From a virus (Duplodnaviria; Heunggongvirae; Uroviricota; Caudoviricetes), in IMG/VR virus record IMGVR_UViG_3300021431_000002: a stretch of 64,000 bases of DNA; one strand, written 5' to 3'. The notes beneath the pieces are model-generated. The model was not told the DNA's origin. It was given only the letters and a program-made list of their open reading frames with translations, and searched no databases. Shown here piece after piece: positions 38,521-47,694 of the stretch (its first letter is position 1; each line of letters starts with the position of its first letter). Made by a program: the position numbers and the translations under genes.

Positions 38521-38847
38521 TCAAAGTATCTCCACAACTTTTCCGTAGATTTGGTTTCTACCTACCCATCCGTTCATATGTCCGTGATTGTTACCAATAA
38601 GATATTCACTATCATTTTTAATTGCATGGATTAGGTGCAGATAATGATGACCTCTAACTTTGCAAAGAACAATATTTTTCTTTTCTAGTTTTGTGTCATC
38701 TTTTACTGGTTCACATATAACCGCTTGTCTTGATTTAAGAATAGGGGCCATAGAGTTACCAATACCAGTTACTTTACACGTCTCACCTCCTCTGAGGTGA
38801 TTGCAAGTTTCTTGATTTTCGAAACCGCTATAAGTAAATTCTCTCAT
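38521..38847 (-). CDS. S24 (LexA/UmuD-like) peptidase domain protein
   Basis: GIGNSMAPIL matches the GDSM catalytic Ser motif. C-terminal region is lysine-containing. Confidence 0.5.
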   Translation of the reverse strand: MREFTYSGFENQETCNHLRGGETCKVTGIGNSMAPILKSRQAVICEPVKDDTKLEKKNIVLCKVRGHHYLHLIHAIKNDSEYLIGNNHGHMNGWVGRNQIYGKVVEIL

Positions 38848-38863
38848 ATGTTAATTGTTTAAG

Positions 38864-38973
38864 TGGAGTATTGGAGATTCGAACTCCAAGAGGTCTTATG
38901 TTTCCCGCCTCTCGTATGGTCTTCTTATGCATGAAACCGACCAGCAGGTCACCACCCAACGTGTTTATACCCC
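38864..38973 (-). tRNA. 110-nt tRNA-like gene with an internal insert (palindrome TTATGCATAA)
   Basis: Acceptor GGGGTAT/ATACTCC spans 110 nt. T-arm TGGAG-TTCGAAT-CTCCA. Confidence 0.3.
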
Positions 38974-40185
38974 ATGAGAATTACTTATTGCAGGGACTGA
39001 CGGATTCGAACCGCCATCGTTTATTAACAGTTAAAGGCACACTCTGTTCCGAGGTCGAGAGTGCTTTATTCCTTAAAGCGCAACAAATTACTTTACCATT
39101 AAGCTAAATCCCTATATAAATACAAAAGACTGAGAATGTTGTCTTATTGTTAATGCCATTTTACAAGCGTTGGAACTTGCTATTCACACGTCACCTTACG
39201 ATGAACGTAGACATCATGCACGGAAGTCTTGAGAAGACAACCAAGAATCTTACTAGTTTAAACCTTGCGGTGCAGCATCATAGCTTTCAGTTCTTCGCCA
39301 AGCTCTTGCGGATTCATAGGATGCCTCCTATTAACTCAGACGAGTACTTTTACACGCTCATTGAATTCCTTGCGAGTCCTCAATGTCTCAATATTTCATG
39401 AGAATAAGTGCATTTTAGCTGCCTAGTGTCGCACACTTTTGCTTAAATTGATTTTTGAATCATATTTATGTTCCGTAGGCGGTTTGGAAGACGAGGTGCG
39501 ACTAAGGACATCTGTAACTTTTGGCTACAGCCCATCCAATCGCCTCCCTGTGCTAGCTCACCACAAGCTATTCACTATTATACACCATCACCTCATATGA
39601 GTTCTTACACATTTCTATGTAAGACTAGTGCATAACTGAGTACAACACGCCAACTGGTGATTATTGCATCATACTCCATACAGTAATCTATCGTGTCACC
39701 ACTCATTCAAAGATTCCTCACCCTTGAAAATATACAACTTTGGTGTTACCCACATTGTATACCGTACTGTATGCTTTTCAGTGAAATACATGAGAGTTTC
39801 TCATATATCTGCAACGTTTACCGCTAGTACACGTCACATTTATCCCATCACTGGATTATCCTTCCATCTGGCTACGAAAGCTAGCCATTAGCCTCATATC
39901 TTTCGCAAGATATTTCCTCATGGAAATTGGCTTATTTCTTGAGTTTTTCATTCGTTTTCAGTTTATTATAATAGGTAAACTGCTTCCTCTTTAGAGGTGG
40001 GTTCATATCCCAAGCTCCTATTTTTTAGCCCTACATCGAATTTTTTTACCCAATACTTACTTTTTTCTAGTACACGTTCTCTAGAATATGGTTCCCGAAG
40101 TTACCATTGCTATGGATTGTTTAACCACATAAAACCCATTTTTACCGTTGTCTACGGCACGAAAAGGCATATCTCGTTGGTTAGA

Positions 40186-40320
40186 GCAGATTTGCACTGC
40201 TGAAGCTTCCGAAGAAACACATCAAGCACGAACTTGATGCCCATTTGTCTACATCGTCATTGCTGACGTTCTCCTCTGGTACTAACCAAAAGGTGGTTTT
40301 TTGACTTGTCCACCACAAGG
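40186..40320. repeat. about 135-bp direct repeat, copy 1 (copy 2 at 40481..40620)
   Basis: gatttgcact..gaag..tccgaaga..cacatcaagcacgaacttgatgcccatttgtctacatcgtcattgctgacgttctcctctggta..ccaaaaggtggtttttt. Contains the CATCAAG/CTTGATG hairpin. Confidence 0.7.
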
Positions 40321-40480
40321 TATAGTGTGTAGTATTGTAAAGGCTAATTCATTTTGCAGAACTAATTTAATGGTAAAGGACATCTGCTATGTTTCATACA
40401 GTTGTGTGTTTGTCGCAACCTCACTTTCCTCGCCAACCTTTACTGCCGATTGCACCTGAGCGTTTATACTACATTTGTTG

Positions 40481-40620
40481 GTAGAGCTAGATTTGCACTA
40501 GCGAAGACTCCGAAGAGCCACATCAAGCACGAACTTGATGCCCATTTGTCTACATCGTCATTGCTGACGTTCTCCTCTGGTATCTACCAAAAGGTGGTTT
40601 TTTAACTTGCCCACCACAAG
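40481..40620. repeat. about 135-bp direct repeat, copy 2
   Basis: See 40186..40320. Confidence 0.7.
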
Positions 40621-40625
40621 AATAG

Positions 40626-40698
40626 TTGCGGCAGTAGGAGTCGAACCCACTGTTACTAGGTTATGAGCCTAGTGTGTAAACCGTTTCACTCTGCCACG
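40626..40698 (-). tRNA. tRNA(CAU), Met or Ile2 type, with C1:A72
   Basis: Acceptor CGTGGCA/TGCCGCA. Anticodon arm CTAGG-CTCATAA-CCTAG. T-arm GTGGG-TTCGACT-CCTAC. Confidence 0.6.
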
Positions 40699-40803
40699 AT
40701 ATTATGTATTTAAATCGGAAACTTTTTCTAAACGTTTCAAAGTGACAATTTGATGTTAAGAATAGTTTGCTGTGAGTTTCCTTTATTGTTTTCAAATCAA
40801 CAA

Positions 40804-40842
40804 TGCAAAGATATGAAAAATATTTTTAATATCCAAATTTTT
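40804..40842 (-). promoter_or_regulatory. Bacteroidetes-type promoter
   Basis: tgcaaagata at 40804-40813 and ccaaatttt at 40833-40841. Confidence 0.6.
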
Positions 40843-41111
40843 TAAGATTTCTTTGCATTTTTGGCGAAATACTCTTTGAGTTTAGCCCATTCTGAAAGGA
40901 TGGTACTATATTCATCGGCACTAAGTAATACTTCCTCTTTGCCATGCTCAATACTATCTGCTTGCCCCCTAAGTTTATCAACTAAATTGATTTTAAGAGC
41001 CTCATAATATTTTACGCTAACAATATTAGTAGCTTCTCCTTTGCTATACCCAGCCTCTTGAAGGTTTTTATATAGTTCACTTCTGAAATCTTTATCTAAA
41101 ATTTTACTCAT
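40842..41111 (-). CDS. hypothetical protein (89 aa)
   Basis: ORF in track. Confidence 0.4.
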   Translation of the reverse strand: MSKILDKDFRSELYKNLQEAGYSKGEATNIVSVKYYEALKINLVDKLRGQADSIEHGKEEVLLSADEYSTILSEWAKLKEYFAKNAKKS

Positions 41112-41133
41112 TGTATGTCTTTTTCTTTAACAG

Positions 41134-41171
41134 TGCAAAAATATACAAAATTTTTGAAAGTTCCAAATTTT
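41134..41171 (-). promoter_or_regulatory. Bacteroidetes-type promoter (variant -7 TATTTTTGCA)
   Basis: tgcaaaaata and ccaaatttt boxes. Confidence 0.5.
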
Positions 41172-41191
41172 AAGCGATTTTTTTAAAGATT

Positions 41192-41452
41192 TTAACATCT
41201 TCCTTCATATAAATCATCATAATTGGTTTTACCTCTTTTGAATATTGTAATATTTTTTGCGTCTTGGAAAAGACACCAACCAATTACTGACAAACATATT
41301 CCCACGATAACGCCAATGCTTAACCATGACAATAAACCACATACAAATGCAGCAATCAAATCAGCAAGAGTTACGACTCTAAATTTTGGGCATCTAACAG
41401 CTAGTGTTAGAAAAAACGCAACAATGCATCCAATAAAATAAATACTTCCCAT
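41192..41452 (-). CDS. small membrane protein (86 aa)
   Basis: Hydrophobic helices. Confidence 0.4.
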   Translation of the reverse strand: MGSIYFIGCIVAFFLTLAVRCPKFRVVTLADLIAAFVCGLLSWLSIGVIVGICLSVIGWCLFQDAKNITIFKRGKTNYDDLYEGRC

Positions 41453-41965
41453 AACTAAATTGTTTTTTTACTTTAAAAATAATCAGCTACACGAACCTCT
41501 TCAATGTACTTATGAAAGATTCCCTTCCATACATGTTATACAGATTAACGCATGACTTATATCCTAATATAGCCTAACTTTACTGTAAAAGTTTACTTCA
41601 TCATCCAACCCTGACTGATTATTTAGTGGACTTGCGCAGAGTCGAACTGCGGTCCAAACAACCATTCCATAAGAAATTATACAAGCTTTGATTTGGAAAG
41701 TTGACAGCAAACGCTGCCCTCACCGCTACCTTATTTTGCGAAAACAAGGAAAACTATACAAAGATGACTAAAGAATAATGCTAGGGTGTTCTGTTCCTAA
41801 GAGCCTAGCCTCTCGGCTTACATTACGCAGCTATAGCGTACTCGTAAGCAGGAGAATCAACATTCTCGCCAGTTATATTTTTTGCTATTGAAGTGTATGC
41901 CCACTGCTTGTTTCTTACCAAATGCATTGCTGTCAAATCCATTACAAGCCCATGATAAAAAATTG

Positions 41966-42039
41966 TCGAGAGGGTAGGACTTGAACCTACGACCTTCATC
42001 TTATCAGGATGACAATCTAACCAACTGATATACCCCTCG
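41966..42039 (-). tRNA. tRNA-Ile(GAU)
   Basis: Acceptor CGAGGGG/CCTCTCG. Anticodon arm TCATC-CTGATAA-GATGA. T-arm GTAGG-TTCAAGT-CCTAC. Confidence 0.8.
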
Positions 42040-42179
42040 ATAAGCTAGTTTGTGGAATTCCGATTCTTCACCACACAAGTTTCACTAGACCTCCTAATGT
42101 TATATGCGTCCGTTATAGGATACCAACGTTATACGCTTGCCAATTTATTTATCGTACTGCGGAACTAGCTATATTCCTA

Positions 42180-42740
42180 TTACACGTCTTTAAATGCTTC
42201 AATAAAATGTTTCAAAATCATTGCATTTTCTATGACGCAAGTCGGAACTGCTTCTCTAAGGCTTTCAACATCCTCTTTCAAAATCATTTCTCTTACTTTC
42301 GTAGCAGAAAGACTATTATGGATAGTTCCTCTTGCATTAAGTTTGAATGATACGAAATCTCTCGTAATGAAAGGTGGAAACCACTGCATAATTATCTCAA
42401 AACCATCAGAGTAATATATTGTAAACTCTGGAGATTTTGTAAACCCAACAATGTGGCTATAGAGATAAAAACCCCAATCATGAGAATTGTCCGATTCATC
42501 TGTAAGGTCTGCTAATGGTTGTATTATAACCCTTTTAGAGTCCTCTTTAAATGCCTCTTCTATCGCCTTATTAGCGAGTTCCAATCTCATGGCAATTGGT
42601 ATTGGATTCCTTTTATTGAGTTTATCAGCAGAACCAACGAGCAGAAGAACATTTTCATTCTCGTTTAGTGCTTGCCGTATTAACTCAAGATGCCCTTTAT
42701 GTATGGGCTGTATTCTTGCAATGATAACACCTACTGCCAT
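42180..42740 (-). CDS. nadM: nicotinamide-nucleotide adenylyltransferase (NadM-like cytidylyltransferase fold)
   Basis: ARIQPIHKGHLELI matches (H/T)xGH. ISATKVRE matches the ISSTxxR motif. Confidence 0.7.
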   Translation of the reverse strand: MAVGVIIARIQPIHKGHLELIRQALNENENVLLLVGSADKLNKRNPIPIAMRLELANKAIEEAFKEDSKRVIIQPLADLTDESDNSHDWGFYLYSHIVGFTKSPEFTIYYSDGFEIIMQWFPPFITRDFVSFKLNARGTIHNSLSATKVREMILKEDVESLREAVPTCVIENAMILKHFIEAFKDV

Positions 42741-42846
42741 TATAAATATTGTTTTTTGTTAAAAAAAAATACGGAAACATGTTTTTAGAAATCAAAATTA
42801 AAAGTTTTGCTCTTAAAAATTCCTAATATTTGCTGTATGTTTCCTT

Positions 42847-42925
42847 AGTGCTTGTGATAGGATTTGAACCTACTGTACCCCACTATAAGATGGCGTGTGT
42901 CTTCCAATATATCACCCCTCAAGCA
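42847..42925 (-). tRNA. tRNA, anticodon unresolved (loop CTTATA)
   Basis: Acceptor GCTTGAG/CACAAGC. T-arm GTAGG-TTCAAAT-CCTAT. Confidence 0.35.
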
Positions 42926-43233
42926 TATTTCGCCTACTGTACCCCTTCGAGCCATCGCAGACTTGTCTTGCATTAACGTAGTTAAGACCAATATACGGCA
43001 TTCTTAATCTAAAGTATGCTTACGAGCACGTTATAAAGAATATGGAGTTGTTTAACTTGTCCTGTTTATAAACCCCTAACGTACAAAAGGTTATTTTTCA
43101 GTATATCTAAAATGAAAACCACAATGAGGGCATAAAAACACCTCACCATTCTCATCAATCGCATTGGAAACGTCAATTTTGACATGATTTCCACATCTTA
43201 CACATTCTACTTCCATAACATTTATTTTTATAA

Positions 43234-43273
43234 TGCAAAGATATGTAAAAAAAATGAAATAGCCAAATATTTT
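43234..43273 (-). promoter_or_regulatory. Bacteroidetes-type promoter
   Basis: tgcaaagata and ccaaatatttt boxes. Upstream of a 41-aa CxxC zinc-ribbon micro-ORF (43091-43217). Confidence 0.45.
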
Positions 43274-43294
43274 AACATTTTTTTTATGAAAAAG

Positions 43295-43365
43295 TAGGGT
43301 ATGACGGAATCGAACCGCCCTTCTTAGGATGTAAGCCTAATGTCCTTCCGATGAACGAATACCCT
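43295..43365 (-). tRNA. tRNA-Val(UAC)
   Basis: Acceptor AGGGTAT/ATACCCT. Anticodon arm TTAGG-CTTACAT-CCTAA. T-arm GGCGG-TTCGATT-CCGTC. Confidence 0.75.
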
Positions 43366-43556
43366 AGTTTGGCACTAACATCTTGTCATATACACATTGT
43401 ATATTACTAGACAAACTCAGTGCCTTTTCCGTAAGTTTATTAGCCTATTAGAGACCAATCTTGCCTTTGTACTTATAAGCAAACCAACCTACAACGCCAC
43501 CAATGATAAACTCAATCATAATCGTAATTTATTTAGTTAGACATTTAATTTAACAA

Positions 43557-43594
43557 TGCAAAGATATATAAAGTTTTTGAAAGTTCCAAATCTT
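43557..43594 (-). promoter_or_regulatory. Bacteroidetes-type promoter
   Basis: tgcaaagata and ccaaatctt boxes. Confidence 0.45.
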
Positions 43595-43612
43595 AATAGT
43601 TAAAATATGTTT

Positions 43613-44200
43613 TTAATCAGATAAAATATATTCACGTTCCGCATCTGTTAATGGCGCATGTTTTCCTTTGACTACTTTCTTCGTGCGTACTTTTTTATTT
43701 TCACGAGTTATAGCGTTTTTCCCATCACCCCAACGATATTGAAGCCATCCTTCATATTCACCAGTATCAAAAACATAGTCTTTAGGTATTTCGTCTTCAC
43801 CTCTAAATAATTCATCAAGCATTCTAAGGCTTACTGGTTCTGACCCCCAACTTCTTATACCATATTTATGATATTTATAGATTCCGTCACCACCAAGCTT
43901 AATAACTCTTTCTTTATCAAAATCAAGGACAAGGTAGCCCCAAAATCTACTGTTTATTTCAAATTCCCATGTTTTCTCATGGTATTTAGAACCCTCTTTC
44001 TCTACTTTATACGGTCTAGGAGTATCTGCATATACATCTTCAATTAATTCTACTTCCTCTTTCCATTCTGATTCAGTATCAAATTCGGCTTCAGAATAAG
44101 TATATTCTTTAAGATTAAACAGCCCCCTCATATCTTTTGCAGACAGAGACTTTCCCCACATAGAGAAAATGACCATAAATCGTTTTGTGTGCTTTTTCAT
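43613..44200 (-). CDS. hypothetical protein (195 aa)
   Basis: ORF in track. Confidence 0.45.
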   Translation of the reverse strand: MKKHTKRFMVIFSMWGKSLSAKDMRGLFNLKEYTYSEAEFDTESEWKEEVELIEDVYADTPRPYKVEKEGSKYHEKTWEFEINSRFWGYLVLDFDKERVIKLGGDGIYKYHKYGIRSWGSEPVSLRMLDELFRGEDEIPKDYVFDTGEYEGWLQYRWGDGKNAITRENKKVRTKKVVKGKHAPLTDAEREYILSD

Positions 44201-44820
44201 ACTTCTTTTCTTTTCCTAAATGACATTTTTAAATCAAAACCGTGAGAAAGAATCTTTCCTTCATTCGTTTGGGATTTCATTCCATCTGGAAAACCAAACA
44301 AATTTGTGAATACATCATTTTTAAACTCTGAAATCTTTTCTTTATTATATAGTTTTGTTCCATACATGAAATTAATAATATCATTCAGAACCTTTTCCAA
44401 ATCCTTTATAAAATGGTCTGGCATTCCATTACCACTTAAATCCCAAGGTCTTGTATCATGGCATATTGAAGTATTGTTGTACGAAACAAGATATTTTATT
44501 TCATACCTACCACCGTCAAAAGTGATAATATATCTCTTTCTTATACCGCATTCATCATAAGTCGTTTTATAACGTATATCGCTTTCATTTTTAAAATAAT
44601 AGAAACCTAGGGGCGATTTACATTTTATCTTACATTTCCGTCTCCCCTCTTTAGATACGATTCTATCACCGTTTATAATCTCCTTACGTTCACCAACATG
44701 AAAAAAAGATTCACTATGAGTGATTGAATATGAGTCTATTGCGTGATTATCGTATTTTTCAATAATAACATCACAATTACTGAATAGTATTTTTTTCTTT
44801 TCAATTACTTTATCATTCAT
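44197..44820 (-). CDS. hypothetical protein whose C-terminal tail SHGFDLKMSFRKRK matches 18683..19447. Start trimmed to MNDKV
   Basis: ORF in track. Shared C-terminal motif. Confidence 0.4.
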   Translation of the reverse strand: MNDKVIEKKKILFSNCDVIIEKYDNHAIDSYSITHSESFFHVGERKEIINGDRIVSKEGRRKCKIKCKSPLGFYYFKNESDIRYKTTYDECGIRKRYIITFDGGRYEIKYLVSYNNTSICHDTRPWDLSGNGMPDHFIKDLEKVLNDIINFMYGTKLYNKEKISEFKNDVFTNLFGFPDGMKSQTNEGKILSHGFDLKMSFRKRKEV

Positions 44821-45019
44821 TGTCAAAACAATTTCTAACGGCTTTAAAAGGCCAAAAAAATATAAAAAGCATGAGCAATAACGTAGCCATTGCATCTGAT
44901 GCATCACCACGTTCTTTTGCGTACTCGTATTCTGCCTTATACTCATCATTCCACCACATAAATGCTAGCGATGTTCCAATTACAAAATACAAAATAGTAA
45001 TAATATATTCAATACTCAT
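44813..45019 (-). CDS. small membrane protein (68 aa)
   Basis: Two transmembrane helices. Confidence 0.35.
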   Translation of the reverse strand: MSIEYIITILYFVIGTSLAFMWWNDEYKAEYEYAKERGDASDAMATLLLMLFIFFWPFKAVRNCFDNE

Positions 45020-45136
45020 AACAATAGAGTAGGCTTCCTCTACCTACCACGACAGTTAACGGTTTTTGTTAGTTCAAGGTACTAATAGACCAAGCGCAGT
45101 GCTCTGTTACACCGTAAACACCGATAAGGATTATAG

Positions 45137-45212
45137 CTCGCAGGGTGCGATTCGAACACACGTACAATTCATTTGGAGTGAATCAGATTAGACCACTTTC
45201 GTTTACCTGCGA
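45137..45212 (-). tRNA. tRNA-Trp(CCA)
   Basis: Acceptor TCGCAGG/CCTGCGA. Anticodon arm ATTCA-CTCCAAA-TGAAT. T-arm GTGTG-TTCGAAT-CGCAC. Confidence 0.65.
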
Positions 45213-45282
45213 GTGTATTATATTCCTAAATAATCTTTTAATTCTTTTTTACTAATTGGCAAATCATTTGGTTCGATTTTCT

Positions 45283-45780
45283 TTAAAAAACCCAGCCACT
45301 TTGGTTTGTAAATTCTATTTTCTTTCCTTTATAGACTATATAACCTTTTTTGCCTTTATAGATGATTGGACAAATTTTAGGCATTGAAATGCTGCATTTA
45401 TTGCTGTTTCTCCAACCAACAAGTGCTTTCTTCTTACCAAAAAAATCAACAATGCAAAGGTCTTTGTTTTTGTTTTTAATTAACTCAATTGGCTTGTTAA
45501 ATGTCAACGCATGTTCTGTGAGCCATGCATCTTCATCATTTGGTTTCTTATGCTTTTTATGCAGTTCCTTAAACTCCGTTTTCAATTCCTCGTCAGATGG
45601 GCATTCATCTTGCCATTCCTCGCAAATTCGTTTCCTTTCGTCTTTAAACTCTTGAAGAGTCATTAAACGAGAGGATTTTGGTTTTGTATAAGCCCCATCA
45701 ACCCTAGTTAGATATTTATAAGGAACATTCAAATAATGGCTGTCAACAGACCTATGTTTCCCAAATTTATTTACTGACAT
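45283..45780 (-). CDS. hypothetical protein (165 aa)
   Basis: ORF in track. Confidence 0.45.
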   Translation of the reverse strand: MSVNKFGKHRSVDSHYLNVPYKYLTRVDGAYTKPKSSRLMTLQEFKDERKRICEEWQDECPSDEELKTEFKELHKKHKKPNDEDAWLTEHALTFNKPIELIKNKNKDLCIVDFFGKKKALVGWRNSNKCSISMPKICPIIYKGKKGYIVYKGKKIEFTNQSGWVF

Positions 45781-45781
45781 A

Positions 45782-46429
45782 TTATTTATCTTCTACATAC
45801 ACACCACAATATTGAGGTTTGCCCAATTCAACCCATTCATCGTGAGTCATAATGTGATATGTCTTGTGTTTCGACTGTTTTTTATCACCTACCGATTTAA
45901 TGTCTCTTGTTTTAGAATCAACGGATTTGATAATATCTGGTATTCTATAATTACCAACCATTTGCTTTATTAACGATGCATAATTATTAGTGAAATACCA
46001 CTCAGAGCATGTTATCCATAAAGGTGTCTTTGAGTTACCACGTAAAATTTCAACACAATCTGGTATCTCACAATGGTATGGGTTTTTAGCAATCCCAACA
46101 ATTGATATATCTGGTCTGTTGTATTTTTCCATTAAAGCATTTGCCAAACGCATACCAATTCCAGGTGTTTTATCTTTTCCGTTTTCAGATAGCCAAACAA
46201 ATCCATCAACGATAATTGTGTCAACATCATCTAGGTCTATCATTTTTAAACACTGCATAATACATGGTAGTTCACGTTTATATAATTCTCCTGGTTTGTA
46301 CTCTGCGTCAATTGTTTCTCTTTTACTTGTAATGAAATATTTTACTTTTGTGTCTGCCCAACTTTCAAACACCCCACCAACGGTATACGAATACCCATCG
46401 TAATAATATGTATCAAACGCAATAATCAT
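45782..46429 (-). CDS. endonuclease V (Nfi)-like protein
   Basis: DTIIVDGFVW...PGIGMRLANAL...ISIVGIAKNP follows the EndoV LVDGxG...G.A.H.GV....P.IGVAK pattern. Confidence 0.45.
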   Translation of the reverse strand: MIIAFDTYYYDGYSYTVGGVFESWADTKVKYFITSKRETIDAEYKPGELYKRELPCIMQCLKMIDLDDVDTIIVDGFVWLSENGKDKTPGIGMRLANALMEKYNRPDISIVGIAKNPYHCEIPDCVEILRGNSKTPLWITCSEWYFTNNYASLIKQMVGNYRIPDIIKSVDSKTRDIKSVGDKKQSKHKTYHIMTHDEWVELGKPQYCGVYVEDK

Positions 46430-46438
46430 AAAAACTTG

Positions 46439-46720
46439 TTATTCAAGGTATCCATGCTCAATAAGGTATTTTTTACCTTTCTTTGTAGCATGATATTTTG
46501 TTCTTACTACCTCCCCATACCTATGTCTGTATTCATTTGTACGGTACTTATGCCTATCAACAATCTTCTCTATTATGTAGCCATCCTTTATCAATCTCTC
46601 AATTGAGTATGAAATACCATATTCTGAAATAGTTTTTAAATATGGCAATGCTCCTATCTCACCATACGACATCGGTATGGCATGAATACTAGCCAATATT
46701 TTTTCCGTAACTTCTAACAT
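46439..46720 (-). CDS. hypothetical protein (93 aa)
   Basis: ORF in track. Confidence 0.4.
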   Translation of the reverse strand: MLEVTEKILASIHAIPMSYGEIGALPYLKTISEYGISYSIERLIKDGYIIEKIVDRHKYRTNEYRHRYGEVVRTKYHATKKGKKYLIEHGYLE

Positions 46721-46721
46721 A

Positions 46722-47129
46722 TTATAAATACCAACTGAATATTACTTTGTAGCCATTTCTATTACATAAGCAATCAAACATACACCCACAACTTTCGACA
46801 TGTAAAGTTATATGAAAACCAAGCACATTGAATTCTTCTTTAATCATAGATTCAATAAATTTAGTTTGTTTTTCTCCATAAACTCTAAGACGCTTTGGTA
46901 TCATAATCTCAACTTTTTGCTCATCATAATTTTTGGACAATACTTTTTTTATCTCATCCTCATATGTTTTTTTCAAAAAGCCAATAATTAAATTGCCTTT
47001 ATCGTGCAATTTTTTTTCTTCTTCCATTCGGTTTAGTTCAGCCCAATATTTAGCTGACTTATTATCAAAAACTTTTTCCATATTTTTTGTGCTTTTATGG
47101 CGCAAATATATGAAAAAAAAATGAAACAA
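46722..47129 (-). CDS. hypothetical protein (135 aa)
   Basis: ORF in track. Confidence 0.4.
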   Translation of the reverse strand: MFHFFFIYLRHKSTKNMEKVFDNKSAKYWAELNRMEEEKKLHDKGNLIIGFLKKTYEDEIKKVLSKNYDEQKVEIMIPKRLRVYGEKQTKFIESMIKEEFNVLGFHITLHVESCGCMFDCLCNRNGYKVIFSWYL

Positions 47130-47425
47130 CCAAATTCATTAACTTTTTTTTAGAAAAAAAGGGTACATTAAACCAACATTTCAACCCCTCCAAATGTCAT
47201 AGCTAAAAATGCGGAGGGGGTAGGAATCGAACCTACGTTACACAAATTAACAGTCTGCTTGAAAAAAATAATTTTGCTGTGTGTACCCACTAAATATGTT
47301 TCCAAAGTAACCTTCCCTGACATCGAACCTTTGGCACATTATTACAGACTAATGCGTTCTGTTCTAGATTCCTCACCGTATAAAAATGCATCTGTATACC
47401 TAATATGCGGCTTCTCCTAGTATCG

Positions 47426-47497
47426 AGCCTACTAGTGGAATCGAACCACTCTCTCAAGATTACGAACCATGTGTAATAACCGATATACTAAATAGGC
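47426..47497 (-). tRNA. tRNA-Thr(CGU) candidate
   Basis: Acceptor GCCTATT/AGTAGGC. Anticodon arm CATGG-TTCGTAA-TCTTG with one mismatch. T-arm AGTGG-TTCGATT-CCACT. Confidence 0.4.
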
Positions 47498-47529
47498 ATT
47501 TTTCGTATTTCATGAGATTCTTTTTTTTG

Positions 47530-47601
47530 TTCCCCCAGAGAATTTTGCAATCTCGACCCCATGTTTAAGAGACACGTGCTCTACTTCTGAGCTATGAGGG
47601 A
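47530..47601 (-). tRNA. tRNA-Lys(CUU) paralog with a non-canonical T-loop (TGCAAAA)
   Basis: Acceptor TCCCTCA/TGGGGGA. D-arm GCTC-AGAAGTA-GAGC. Anticodon arm CGTGT-CTCTTAA-ACATG. Confidence 0.45.
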
Positions 47602-47611
47602 ATATGAACTG

Positions 47612-47686
47612 TACGCCTGGTGGGATTCGAACCCACGTAGTCACAGATTAAAAGTCTGGTGCATAAAGCCACTCTGCCACAAGCGC
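47612..47686 (-). tRNA. tRNA-Lys(UUU)
   Basis: Acceptor GCGCTTG/CAGGCGT. Anticodon arm CAGA-CTTTTAA-TCTG. T-arm GTGGG-TTCGAAT-CCCAC. Confidence 0.6.
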
Positions 47687-47694
47687 AAATATTG

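Noticed and set aside
39120-40620. A possible protein-coding gene under a reassigned stop codon, or an rRNA or tmRNA gene, in the ORF-free GC-rich block.
   Set aside because: Partial manual translations of the minus strand hit TAA, TGA and TAG in all frames. No tmRNA tag-peptide or acceptor motifs and no rRNA-like conserved stretches were seen. Left as a candidate ncRNA only.
47185-47230. Rho-independent terminator interpretation of the CCCCCTCC...GGAGGGG inverted repeat after a tRNA T-arm.
   Set aside because: It is not followed by a T-run on the transcribed strand. It is more consistent with the recurring 3'-acceptor/5'-acceptor permuted tRNA arrangement, so it is reported under that finding instead.
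47612-47686. Initially read as an ochre-suppressor tRNA (anticodon UUA).
   Set aside because: Recounting the loop (C-T-T-T-T-A-A) puts UUU at positions 34-36. This is an ordinary tRNA-Lys.
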